NCBI GenBank assembly: GCA_016744295.1
Contig: JADGEQ010000007.1
Location: 127,652 to 191,651, forward strand
Direction: 5' to 3'
Length of the DNA stretch: 64,000 bases
Source of the DNA: Desulfobacteraceae bacterium
GTDB taxonomy: Bacteria; Desulfobacterota; Desulfobacteria; Desulfobacterales; Desulfobacteraceae
In this document: positions 1 to 9,200 of the stretch, piece by piece
Layout: each line of letters begins with the position of its first letter
How positions within the stretch are numbered: position 1 is the stretch's first letter
Notes under the pieces: model-generated
What the model was told of the DNA's origin: nothing
The model's database searches: none
What the model saw: the letters and a program-made list of their open reading frames with translations, nothing else
Translations under genes and position numbers: made by a program

Positions 1-694
1 CCCAGGGTTCCACATAAGTGACCGGAGTGATAAAATAGTCCCCTACCCTACCCAGGACATCCCTTAGAGTGGAGGGTCCAAGCACGGGCAACACCAGGTA
101 AAATCCGTCTCCAATGGCATAGGAGCCAAGGGTCTGCCCCAGATCCTCATCAGAGGTTTTCATATCTAAATGCTTTTGGGCAAACTGGTTAAACCCTAAA
201 ATACCAACGGTTGAATTGGCAAGAAAAATACCGATCTCATCAGAGGCGGACACAAATTTGCCCTGGAAAATGTTATTGATAAATCTGACGGGGAACAAAA
301 GATTCTGAAAAAAATTATTAACCCCGTTACGCAGGGGAGAAGGCGCAATAATTTTATACCCCTGGGCAATGGGTTTTAAAGCATAAAAATATAAAAAATC
401 ATTAAATGAATACATGGCATAATTAAAATAATAGAGGGGATCCGCCACCATTTGAACATCTTCAACCCCATTCTCATACTCATCCAACAGATCCAGATCA
501 AACTCTTCTTCCGAAGTTAAATCCGCCTGGGCCAGGAGGATGGATTCTCCTAAAAGCTGCCCAGTGTTCAAGTCTGGCATATTTTGAAGAACCGGGTTGA
601 TCTGTAGGATATTCTCTTCTGCCAATCCCGTTGAAGCCTTAAAAAAAACGAGGATTACCATCAGGCCGAGCAATACAAGATCTGATTTTTTCAT
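1..694 (-). CDS. mlaA: MlaA/VacJ outer-membrane lipoprotein, N-terminal ~231 codons only (C-terminus lies beyond the window edge)
   Basis: Not in the ORF track because it is open at the window edge. My minus-strand translation starts at the ATG (complement of 692-694): MKKSDLVLLGLMVILVFF...DPLYYFNYAMYSFNDFLYFYALKPIAQGYKIIAPSPLRNGVNNFFQNLLFPVRFINNIFQGK...NSTVGILGF...EDLGQTLGSYAIGDGFYLVLPVLGPSTLRDVLGRVGD. This matches the VacJ/MlaA blocks. There is a 4-nt ATGA overlap with the mlaC stop. Confidence 0.8.
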   Translation of the reverse strand, partial: MKKSDLVLLGLMVILVFFKASTGLAEENILQINPVLQNMPDLNTGQLLGESILLAQADLTSEEEFDLDLLDEYENGVEDVQMVADPLYYFNYAMYSFNDFLYFYALKPIAQGYKIIAPSPLRNGVNNFFQNLLFPVRFINNIFQGKFVSASDEIGIFLANSTVGILGFNQFAQKHLDMKTSDEDLGQTLGSYAIGDGFYLVLPVLGPSTLRDVLGRVGDYFITPVTYVEPW

Positions 695-1368
695 TTTTCA
701 ACCTTTTCCCTAAGTTCCTTGATGATGGCCCCGGGCGTTTGGGATATTTGCTGTCGGTATTGTTCTCTATAATTAGCAGCCATACTTACCCCGGCCACTT
801 GGATATCATAAATTTTCCAGCCCAGGTTCTTTTTTTTTTTCATCCGATAGGTCACAGGGATTTGTGTCTCTCCCTGGACAATCTGTGTTGGAATATCGGT
901 TCTGAAAACATTTTTTTTAGTGGGCAAAAGCGTATTCTCAAAATAAAGAATGGTAATATTTTGAACATCCTGCCCTGCAAGCTTGCCATAGTAGGTATGA
1001 CTGATCAGCTTTGAAAAATAATGGACAAACAGTTCTTTTTGCTCATGGGTAAAAGCGCGGAATTTTCTACCCAGGGCCAGCATGGAAAATGTTTTAAAAT
1101 CAAACAATTCAATGGCCCTGGCATAAAGCAGTTCTTCCTGTTCTTTGGGATCCTGTGCCAATTCCGGATCCTGAATGGCTGCAAGAATTCCATCCACAGA
1201 TTTTTTTAAATAATTCCGGGCCTCAATTTCCATGGGGATACTATCCGCCTGGCTTGCCAGGCTAGGGGAAACCAAGGGAAAACAAAAAAACACACAAAAC
1301 ATGGCAGCAAAACATTTTAAAATGGCTGGGCGGCAGGCCTGTCTTTGAAATATCATTAGATTAATCAT
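691..1368 (-). CDS. mlaC: MlaC / Ttg2D-family periplasmic phospholipid-binding protein
   Basis: 225-aa ORF with a signal-like N-terminus. Toluene-tolerance Ttg2D-like blocks are present (FDFKTFSMLALGRKFRAFTHEQKELFVHYF, WKIYDIQVAGVSMAANYREQY). It sits between mlaD and mlaA. Confidence 0.8.
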   Translation of the reverse strand: MINLMIFQRQACRPAILKCFAAMFCVFFCFPLVSPSLASQADSIPMEIEARNYLKKSVDGILAAIQDPELAQDPKEQEELLYARAIELFDFKTFSMLALGRKFRAFTHEQKELFVHYFSKLISHTYYGKLAGQDVQNITILYFENTLLPTKKNVFRTDIPTQIVQGETQIPVTYRMKKKKNLGWKIYDIQVAGVSMAANYREQYRQQISQTPGAIIKELREKVEK

Positions 1369-1458
1369 TCGTATAGGCTTTTTTAAATTCTAAGGGTTAT
1401 CTGCTTCTATTATTCGTTATGCCCAAGCTTATCAGATTTTAGGGATTATCCGGTTCTA

Positions 1459-1908
1459 TTATTTATTAGTGGAAAAAATAAATTTTCTTACCAGGGATTC
1501 TATATCCAGTGAGGATTCTGTATTTTCGATTTCACTTCCTTCACCCAACATGTCATCGGATCCCCCCGGTGAGATATCTACATATTTCTGGCCTATTATA
1601 CCAGAAGTTTTGATGGAGGCAATACTATCTTCCGACAACTCCATGTCCCCATTGATACTAAATATAAGTTTTGCCACCAGCCGCTCTCTGTCGATCGTGA
1701 TTTTTGAAACTTTTCCAATTTCAACCCCGGCTATTTCCACCCGGGCACCCTGCTTGAGTCCCGTGGCCGAGGAAAAATAACCATATACTGAGTACTGGTT
1801 TTGTGGAAAAAAGTGAAACTCCCCCACGGCCACAATCAGATATACCATGCTGATAAAGCCGGCAATAACAAATAGACCCACATATAATTCAATATTTTTT
1901 TTGTTCAT
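1459..1908 (-). CDS. mlaD: MlaD, MCE-domain inner-membrane protein
   Basis: 149 aa with an N-terminal TM helix (ELYVGLFVIAGFISMVYLIVAV) followed by an MCE-like beta domain (GLKQGARVEIAGVEIGKV). It lies in an operon with mlaF and mlaE. Confidence 0.85.
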   Translation of the reverse strand: MNKKNIELYVGLFVIAGFISMVYLIVAVGEFHFFPQNQYSVYGYFSSATGLKQGARVEIAGVEIGKVSKITIDRERLVAKLIFSINGDMELSEDSIASIKTSGIIGQKYVDISPGGSDDMLGEGSEIENTESSLDIESLVRKFIFSTNK

Positions 1909-1932
1909 ATATATCCTTTATCTGTCGCCGGT

Positions 1933-2688
1933 TCAGGTATCGGTGCCAACAACTTCATCCCCCCGGATGAATCCGGCTACGGTTTCGCTGTGCGTGTGTA
2001 AAATTTCATCTTTACTGCCTTCAAAGGTAATTTTGCCCCCATCCAGCATGGCAATATGCTGGGCAACATCAAAAATTTCCGGGATATCATGACTGACGAT
2101 AACGGCAGTAAACCCAAATTGTTTCTGGTATTCTTCAATCATGGTGTGAACCTTTTTCTTTCTCACCGGGTCAAGTCCTGTGGTGGGCTCATCAAACAAT
2201 ACCACCTTGGGATCGGTGACAAGGGCCCTTGCAAGGGCAACCCGTTTTCGCATCCCCCCGGAAAGCTGGGAGGGAAATTTCAAACCAATGGGTCCCAGAG
2301 CCAATTGATCCATCCTTGTTTTTACCTTTTCTTCAATGACAAACTTTGTATGCGAGGAGGCCTCGGACAGAGGCAGGGCAATATTTTCAAAAACATTCAT
2401 GGAATCAAACAAAGCGTTTTCCTGGAACATATAGCTTAAATTTTTTTTAAAAAGAAGATTGTCCTTTTTAGGCATTTTATGAAGGGGTTTGCCATGGATG
2501 AGAATTTCTCCTGCATCCTGATGAACAAGCCCGATAATATGCTTGAGCAGAACGGATTTACCCGTGCCGCTCTTGCCGATTACCGCCATGATTTCACCTT
2601 TATGGATGGAAAGGTTAACCCCCTTCAGCACCTGGTTTGGACCAAAGCTTTTCTTTACATCTACAAATTGAATCAACGGTAAGCTCAT
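1933..2688 (-). CDS. mlaF: MlaF ABC transporter ATP-binding protein
   Basis: Walker A GKSGTGKS, signature LSGGMRKRVALARAL, Walker B VVLFDEPTTGLD. The stop is 3 nt from the mlaE stop region. Confidence 0.9.
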   Translation of the reverse strand: MSLPLIQFVDVKKSFGPNQVLKGVNLSIHKGEIMAVIGKSGTGKSVLLKHIIGLVHQDAGEILIHGKPLHKMPKKDNLLFKKNLSYMFQENALFDSMNVFENIALPLSEASSHTKFVIEEKVKTRMDQLALGPIGLKFPSQLSGGMRKRVALARALVTDPKVVLFDEPTTGLDPVRKKKVHTMIEEYQKQFGFTAVIVSHDIPEIFDVAQHIAMLDGGKITFEGSKDEILHTHSETVAGFIRGDEVVGTDT

Positions 2689-2691
2689 TGT

Positions 2692-3480
2692 TTAAACCAA
2701 AAAATAAGTTATAATATAATCAACAATCAGTATATAAATACAAGACTGGACCACGGAGTTTGTGGTTGCCATGGATACACCCTTTGCACCATGTCCCTCT
2801 GCTGCTAAATGGGTGTAATATCCGCGATAACAGCAGATGGTTGTCACCACAATTGCAAATACAAATGACTTGAGAAACCCACCGCCTATATCAACCAGGC
2901 GAACACTTGAGATCACCTTATCCATGTAAACCGCCTGGTTAATTCCAAGCATTAATGATCCTGTCAGATATCCGCCAAAGATCCCCACCGCATCGAAAAT
3001 AGCGGTGAGCAGGGGAAAACTGATAAGGGCTGCCACAATCCGCGGTGAAAACAAAAAACGAATGGGATCTATCTGCATGGTTTTCAGGGCATCAATCTGT
3101 TCTGAAATTCGCATTACACCAATTTCAGCAGCCATGGCAGATCCGGCCCTGGCTGTAATCATAATAGCGGAAAGTACAGGGCCTAACTCCCGGATAATTG
3201 TCAAGGCCACGGCAGAGCCCAAGGCAGCTTCAGAACCAAAGGTAACAAGGGTATAATATCCCTGGAGGCCCAGAACCATGCCGGTGAATAATCCGGTCAG
3301 CACAATAACAAACAGTGATTTTGCCCCTACAAACCAGGTTTGCTCAAAAATTTTGTCAAATTGAAACGGACCGGCAAAAATGCGGGTCACCCCTGAAATA
3401 AAAAAGAGAACAATACGACCGATGGATTCAATGCGATCCAGAGTTGCCCCCCCCAGTTTTTCAATATGTTTTGCGACCAT
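2692..3480 (-). CDS. mlaE: MlaE ABC transporter permease
   Basis: The ORF is open to 3603, but the conserved MlaE sequence begins at MVAKHIEKLGGATLDRIESIGR (ATG at complement of 3478-3480). The upstream 41 codons look non-coding. The protein is multi-TM and ends ...VDYIITYFLV. Confidence 0.85.
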   Translation of the reverse strand: MVAKHIEKLGGATLDRIESIGRIVLFFISGVTRIFAGPFQFDKIFEQTWFVGAKSLFVIVLTGLFTGMVLGLQGYYTLVTFGSEAALGSAVALTIIRELGPVLSAIMITARAGSAMAAEIGVMRISEQIDALKTMQIDPIRFLFSPRIVAALISFPLLTAIFDAVGIFGGYLTGSLMLGINQAVYMDKVISSVRLVDIGGGFLKSFVFAIVVTTICCYRGYYTHLAAEGHGAKGVSMATTNSVVQSCIYILIVDYIITYFLV

Positions 3481-3806
3481 AGCACGCCTTATATAAGGTT
3501 TCGCAGTAAAATACAAGATACCAGTGTCAGGGAAAGCAATTCTCGGCGAATGAATACCTTTATATACAGGATAAGGCCTTCTGGAAAAATTTGAAAGACA
3601 CATGACCCTTCACGGGCTTTCGCCAAAGACTCATAAAGCCTAAATGAATGCTTAAAAATCTCTGGCAGCGTATCACAAACAATTGCCGGACAAACTTACC
3701 AATAAACAGATCCAAGACTACCTGCACTATATTATCGCGGATCGAAAGCTTGCATGGAGCACGTGCAATGTCCAATTTTCATGAATAAAGCGATTTTTAC
3801 AAGCAC

Positions 3807-4241
3807 GTGTTGAAAAGGGATCTCAAGTTCCCGGGCAATACGGCAAAGCACGGCTCGCCTTCAGGCTTCAAACATTTGATCAAGATCATCCGGAAAAAGA
3901 AATGGTCCGGTTATGCCAAGGCCCCCTGTTCCGGCCCTGAAAAAGTTCTGGAATACCACTTGAACCTGAGTTTTGATCTAAAACAACCTGTGGCAACGAC
4001 AATGGCTTTAGGCCATACCCATGGGGTGCGTCTTAAATCCGGCACTATAAAGGCAGGTATTTCCTATATCTGGAGAGCAGATGATATGCAGCAGCTCAAA
4101 ACCAAATTTTTGACCATTTACCATCAAAAGTACATCAATTTATCCTTGCGCATCCAGCCAGCAATGGATATAAACCCCATAGTCAAAATAAACGTTACCG
4201 GCCCGGACCAGCGGCACTGTTCACCAACGTTTTATCAATAA
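3807..4241 (+). CDS. hypothetical protein (doubtful ORF)
   Basis: 144-aa ORF with a non-ATG start, no signal peptide, no recognisable motif and no clear RBS. Listed only because nothing else occupies this 780-nt gap. Confidence 0.2.
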   Translation: MLKRDLKFPGNTAKHGSPSGFKHLIKIIRKKKWSGYAKAPCSGPEKVLEYHLNLSFDLKQPVATTMALGHTHGVRLKSGTIKAGISYIWRADDMQQLKTKFLTIYHQKYINLSLRIQPAMDINPIVKINVTGPDQRHCSPTFYQ

Positions 4242-4384
4242 TCCCGCTCGTTGAAACAACCGGTTCAGAACTATCAAAGGATTTTGGTGGACCTAATAGT
4301 CATGCCTTCTTTATGGGCGGGACTATCTGATAAAACGCTTTTAGTTCGGTTTCTTTATTAATATAAACATTAAGGAGAAATTGT

Positions 4385-4918
4385 ATGTGCCTCAAAGTTG
4401 CTAACAACCTACTTAAATCATTTTTTCTATTTTTTTTTCTATCTGGATGCGGCGGAACTTATTTAGTAGTTCCTACGCCCCAAGCGGTAAATCCAAATAG
4501 AGTTGGTGATATTAAATTAAATAATAAAATAAAAGTTGTAAACATCCAGCAATCGAAAACAAATGTCCCAATTGGTGTTTTGAGCTTTGTCGATCATGAA
4601 GCGAATTTGAATGAATGGACAGAAAAATCTATACAATTATTGAAGAATGAACTTATAAAACGAGGTGGAGAGATCTCAGGAGATGGATTAAAGGTTTTAA
4701 ATCTTTCTGTATTGAGTGCACATGTTGAAACCCGTTCAATTGGTTCCGGAACGCGTTGTAATTTAACAATGCGGGTGGAAACAGGGGATGGGTATAGCAA
4801 AGACATTTCAGTTGTAAACAATGCCGGAATTGGTGTTGAAAGACCAGCTGGTGGAGCTATAACTTTAGCAATTACTGAGCTATTAAACGATCAAACCATA
4901 TTGAACTATGTGAAGTAA
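4385..4918 (+). CDS. hypothetical lipoprotein
   Basis: 177 aa with lipobox FLSGC at the N-terminus (FFLFFFLSGCGG). An AGGAG RBS lies upstream (4374-4378). AT-rich relative to its neighbours. Confidence 0.6.
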   Translation: MCLKVANNLLKSFFLFFFLSGCGGTYLVVPTPQAVNPNRVGDIKLNNKIKVVNIQQSKTNVPIGVLSFVDHEANLNEWTEKSIQLLKNELIKRGGEISGDGLKVLNLSVLSAHVETRSIGSGTRCNLTMRVETGDGYSKDISVVNNAGIGVERPAGGAITLAITELLNDQTILNYVK

Positions 4919-4924
4919 TCACAT

Positions 4925-5215
4925 TTTGAGTTGACTTACCATCAACATTTTTAAACTTCAAAATGCGACCTAATCGGCTAGCCTGGGGGAGTAATCCCCC
5001 AGCCCAGACAACACCCTGCATGGGGGTCCGCACAGGGCGTTTCATCAAAGTTACCGGGCCGAGGCCGGGTAATGAATTTTCACCCACTGTTCTTTGAGAG
5101 ATATTAACCCTTGTTCAGATAGCCATTGATTGGTCATGCCGGTCTGTGTTGCTATAGGGGACTTACACCCCATAAGTTCACGCCCATGCTGGGCGTACAC
5201 AAACAAATCAACCGG
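4925..5215 (-). mobile_element. group II intron 3' remnant: C-terminal tail of an intron-encoded protein (stop at complement of 5051-5053) plus a structured non-coding tail
   Basis: The minus-strand translation is ...HGRELMGCKSPIATQTGMTNQWLSEQGLISLKEQWVKIHYPASAR*. This fits the characteristic IEP C-terminal pattern (SP....L.N.W....GL.SL). Downstream is GC-rich structured RNA, including the hairpin CTGGGGGA-TTAC-TCCCCCAG (complement of 4982-5001). No RT domain lies upstream, so the element is truncated. Confidence 0.45.
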
Positions 5216-5334
5216 ACGGAAAATATGTCTGCGCTAAATTGAAAAGCAACATCTAAAATTACGGTGGGTCCCAAAACTAGCATCGCCGCAGCTTATCATG
5301 AACCATTATACCTCTGAAAGGATTATAGAATCCA

Positions 5335-5640
5335 AATACATGCAACAATAGAAACTCATGAAAATCGTTTAAAAGAAGCGATGCTCTCTTCAAACATAGA
5401 AGCGCTTGATCTCCTCCTCTCTGAGGATCTCATTTTTATCGATCACACAGGATCACTTTATTTTAAAAATGATGATATCAATCCCATAAGTCGGGTTTGG
5501 TTTCAATTAGTTCTGTTAATTGTTCCGATCTGAAAATTATTGTTAATAAAGATACAGCGATAGTATCTGTCATAATGGATGTTTGAGGAATGAATGATGT
5601 TCAGAGAGAATTGCTGTGCCAGGGAGTTGGTTTCTATTTG
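5335..5640 (+). pseudogene. DUF4440 / SnoaL-like (NTF2-fold) protein, decayed
   Basis: One frame reads ...ETHENRLKEAMLSSNIEALDLLLSEDLIFIDHTGSLYFKNDDINP. It then continues in another frame as HKSGLVSISSVNCSDLKIIVNKDTAIVSVIMDV*. There is at least one frameshift and one stop. Confidence 0.5.
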
Positions 5641-5786
5641 TGTAAAAATGAAAATAAGTGTAACCCCGGGGGCATACCCATTGACACGTAATTAAAATAA
5701 GTATACGTATCATCATGTGTAAACCTTATTATTAGCACAGCATTATTAATAGACCTGCAATTAAAAATAACCGACAGGAATAAAAC

Positions 5787-6260
5787 ATGGCCCAGAAAAT
5801 AACATTGAGTATTCCGGATTTGCTCCATGAACGACTAAAAGAATGGCGCAAGTCATTCAACTTTTCCAAAATGTTCCAGGAAGCCGTAACAGAAGCGATT
5901 CAAAAGAAAGAGGAATTTCAAAAACGATTTTCCGAAGACTTTGATATGTCGGAAATCATTAAAAGGCTTCATCAGGAAAAGCTGATCTGGGAAAAACAAT
6001 TTTTCAAATCCGGAAAAGATGAGGGAATCAAATGGGCACGGTCTGCCCACTATGAAGAGTTGTTATACGTAATTAACTTTAATGACACGTATGAATTAAC
6101 CAATGAGGATAGATTTAAAGTTTATTTTGAACAGATCCATACCACAAATGAACTGGGAAAATACGCCAGTGACGATGCCGTCGACCATGAACTGATGTTT
6201 ATGGACGGCTGGTTTTTGGGTGTCAATGAATTTTGGACACAGATAAAGGAAAAAATATAA
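5787..6260 (+). CDS. hypothetical protein with a ribbon-helix-helix-like N-terminus
   Basis: 157 aa. The N-terminus KITLSIPDLLHERLKEWRKSFNFSKMFQEAVTEAI has a beta-alpha-alpha RHH pattern. Its stop is 1 nt before the ATG of the 1421-aa gene. Confidence 0.6.
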   Translation: MAQKITLSIPDLLHERLKEWRKSFNFSKMFQEAVTEAIQKKEEFQKRFSEDFDMSEIIKRLHQEKLIWEKQFFKSGKDEGIKWARSAHYEELLYVINFNDTYELTNEDRFKVYFEQIHTTNELGKYASDDAVDHELMFMDGWFLGVNEFWTQIKEKI

Positions 6261-6261
6261 A

Positions 6262-9200
6262 ATGAACGCTCAAATAACCCAGGGGGATGCTATTCTCGGT
6301 ATTGATGTGGGGTCTGTATCCGTCAGCATCGCGGCCATCAATCCAGCAGCCGACCATGGTACAGGACATCTTTTCCATCGGGCCGCAGCCTATCACCACG
6401 GAGATGTAAAGCAGTGTCTTTACAGGCTTTTATCTGATGATGCCCTTAAAAATATCGGATATGTATCAAAAACAACTTCGACCCCCTCATTTATCTTTTC
6501 CCATTCTAATTATGATGAGCAGGTTTCAATCATTCGGGCAGCAAATCACCTCCATGGAAATTCCTTTGATGGCATTTTACACATAGGGGGTGAAAAATTT
6601 TCCCTTAGCCTGTTTGATGAATTGGGTAATTACATCGGTGCAAAACACAACACCTCCTGTGCGGCCGGAACCGGCAGTTTCCTGGACCAGCAGGCAGGGC
6701 GCCTTAATATTAAAGGGTCTGAGCAGATCAGCCAGCAAGGCTTGCTGAACAGGAAGGATCGGCCGGATATTGCGACCCGCTGTGCGGTTTTTGCAAAGAC
6801 CGATTTGATCCATGCCCAGCAGGAGGGATATGGTATTGGACAAATTTGCGACGGCCTTTGTTTTGGTCTTGCAAAAAACATCGCCAACACCTTGTTTAAA
6901 CAAAAAGGGCTGATAAACCCCAAAAAGGGGTTTAATTCAAAAATTCTTTTCTGCGGAGGTGTGGCCAAAAATATCTGCGTAAAAAATCATTTGGAATCCA
7001 TCACTGGTATAGATTTTTTCATGGATGACAGCGCACAATTTTATGGTGCCATCGGAGCGGCCCTGTCTCTTAAAGATCAATTAAATCAAGGTGTCCATGA
7101 ACCCAAAATTTTTAATAAAATTGATGACTATTTCAAAAAAACCGAACAAAAAGAGAGTTATCGTTACCCGGAATTGGCGCTGACCTTATCTGATTACCCG
7201 GATTTCAGCTGTTTTAAATCCACTCTGGCCGAGGGGGTTGAGATGGATATTTATACAAATCCAAAAACCAATCCCAATGCCCATGGTTTTTTAGGACTTG
7301 ATGTGGGCTCCACCAGCACTAAAGCCATCCTGATTGACCCGGAGGGTAAGCCCATTGCCGGATTTTATACCGCGACAGCATCAAGACCTGTTAGCGCCGT
7401 CAAAAAGCTCTTTAAGGCCTGCGATACGTTTTTAAATGAATACCATCCGTCTCTTGAAATCCAAGGCTGCGGCACAACCGGTTCCGGCAGAAGGATGGCG
7501 GGTAAAATTATCGGGGCGGATATTGAACCTGATGAGATCACAGCCCATGCAACCGCCGCAGTGAACCTGAACAAAAACGTGGATACCATTATTGAGATCG
7601 GTGGCCAGGATGCTAAATTTACCCTGTTAAGGGACGGAATGGTAACCGCTTCCACCATGAATACCGTCTGCGCTGCCGGAACCGGCAGTTTCATCGAAGA
7701 GCAGGCAAGCAAGCTGGACTGCCCCCTTTCTGAGTATTCCGCAAGAACCGAAGGCGTGTCTTCACCGGTTTCAAGTGATCGCTGTACCGTGTTCATGGAG
7801 CGGGATATTAATTATTTTTTTGCCGAAGGATATGAAAAAAATGAAATTCTTGCCTCTGTGCTCCATTCAGTCAGGGATAACTACCTGACAAAGGTTGCTA
7901 ATATGGCAAAAATCGGCAACACCATTCTTTTCCAAGGGGCCACCGCCCGGAACAAGGCATTGGTTGCTGCATTTGAACAAAAGCTAAACAAGCCCATCCA
8001 TGTATCCAAATACTGCCATCTGACCGGCGCCCTGGGGGTTGCACTTTTAGTCAGAAACAAAAAAAAGGAAATGAAAATCCAGCAAACCTGCTTCAGGGGA
8101 TTTAATCTTTGGAAAAAGGATATTCCGGTCCGCCAGGAAACCTGCCTCTTGTGCACCAACAACTGCAAATTAACCATCGCAGATATTGATGGAACCCCCC
8201 AGGCCTATGGATTTTTATGCGGCAGGGATTATGCGACTCAAAGAATGGTAGCCGATAAGGAGCGCTATGATCTGCTCAGGCTACGAAGCGGACAAACACA
8301 ACTCAAATGCGACACACCGGTTAAGCATGATTTTACCATTGGAATTCCCGCCAGCCTTCATCTGTTTGAAGATCTGGAATTCTGGGAACATTTCTTTTCA
8401 AACCTTGGGATACAAACCATCACCAGCAAGCGATTAAAAAATCCTGTCCGACTGGGCAAAATGACTGCCAATGCCGAGTTTTGTGCCCCGGTGGTCAGTT
8501 TGCACGGGCACGTATCCCATTTGATGGAAAAAGCAGATTATGTGTTTCTTCCCTTTTATTTTGAGGAAAAATCCAAGGAAAAAGATACCCGGCGGCAGCA
8601 TTGTTACTATACCCAGTTCTCCCCCTCCATCATCTCTTGTTTACAAGCATCGGATCAAAAAAGACTGATATCACCCATTATTCAATATTTGTATACCAGT
8701 TTCCATACCAAAATGGAGCTATACAAATGCCTTAAAGGATTAGGAGAAATTTCTTTTTTTGATATTGTGATGGCCTATGACAGGGCAGTTGAGTTCAAAG
8801 AACAAAACAAGAAAAAACTTTTGACGCTATACCAAAGCCAGAAAAAAGATACCCCCGGCATAAAAGCCGTTTTTCTAGGGCGGCCCTACACTATTCTTGC
8901 TGAATCAATGAACAATAATATTCCGGGCATTTTTTCAAACCTCGGAATAAAAACATTTTTCCAGGACATGCTGGATAACCAAAACCATGACTTCACCTTG
9001 ATCCAACCCTTACTGAAAGAGCTTCACTGGAAACATGCGGCCCAGATTCTTGAGGCCACCTATATTGCTGCTACCACCCAGGATCTTTACCCTGTCTATA
9101 TCTCTTCTTTCAAATGTTCACCAGACTCATTTGTGGTGGATTATTTTAAAGAGATTATGGAGCATTTTAACAAACCCTATCTGGTGCTTGAGTTGGATGA

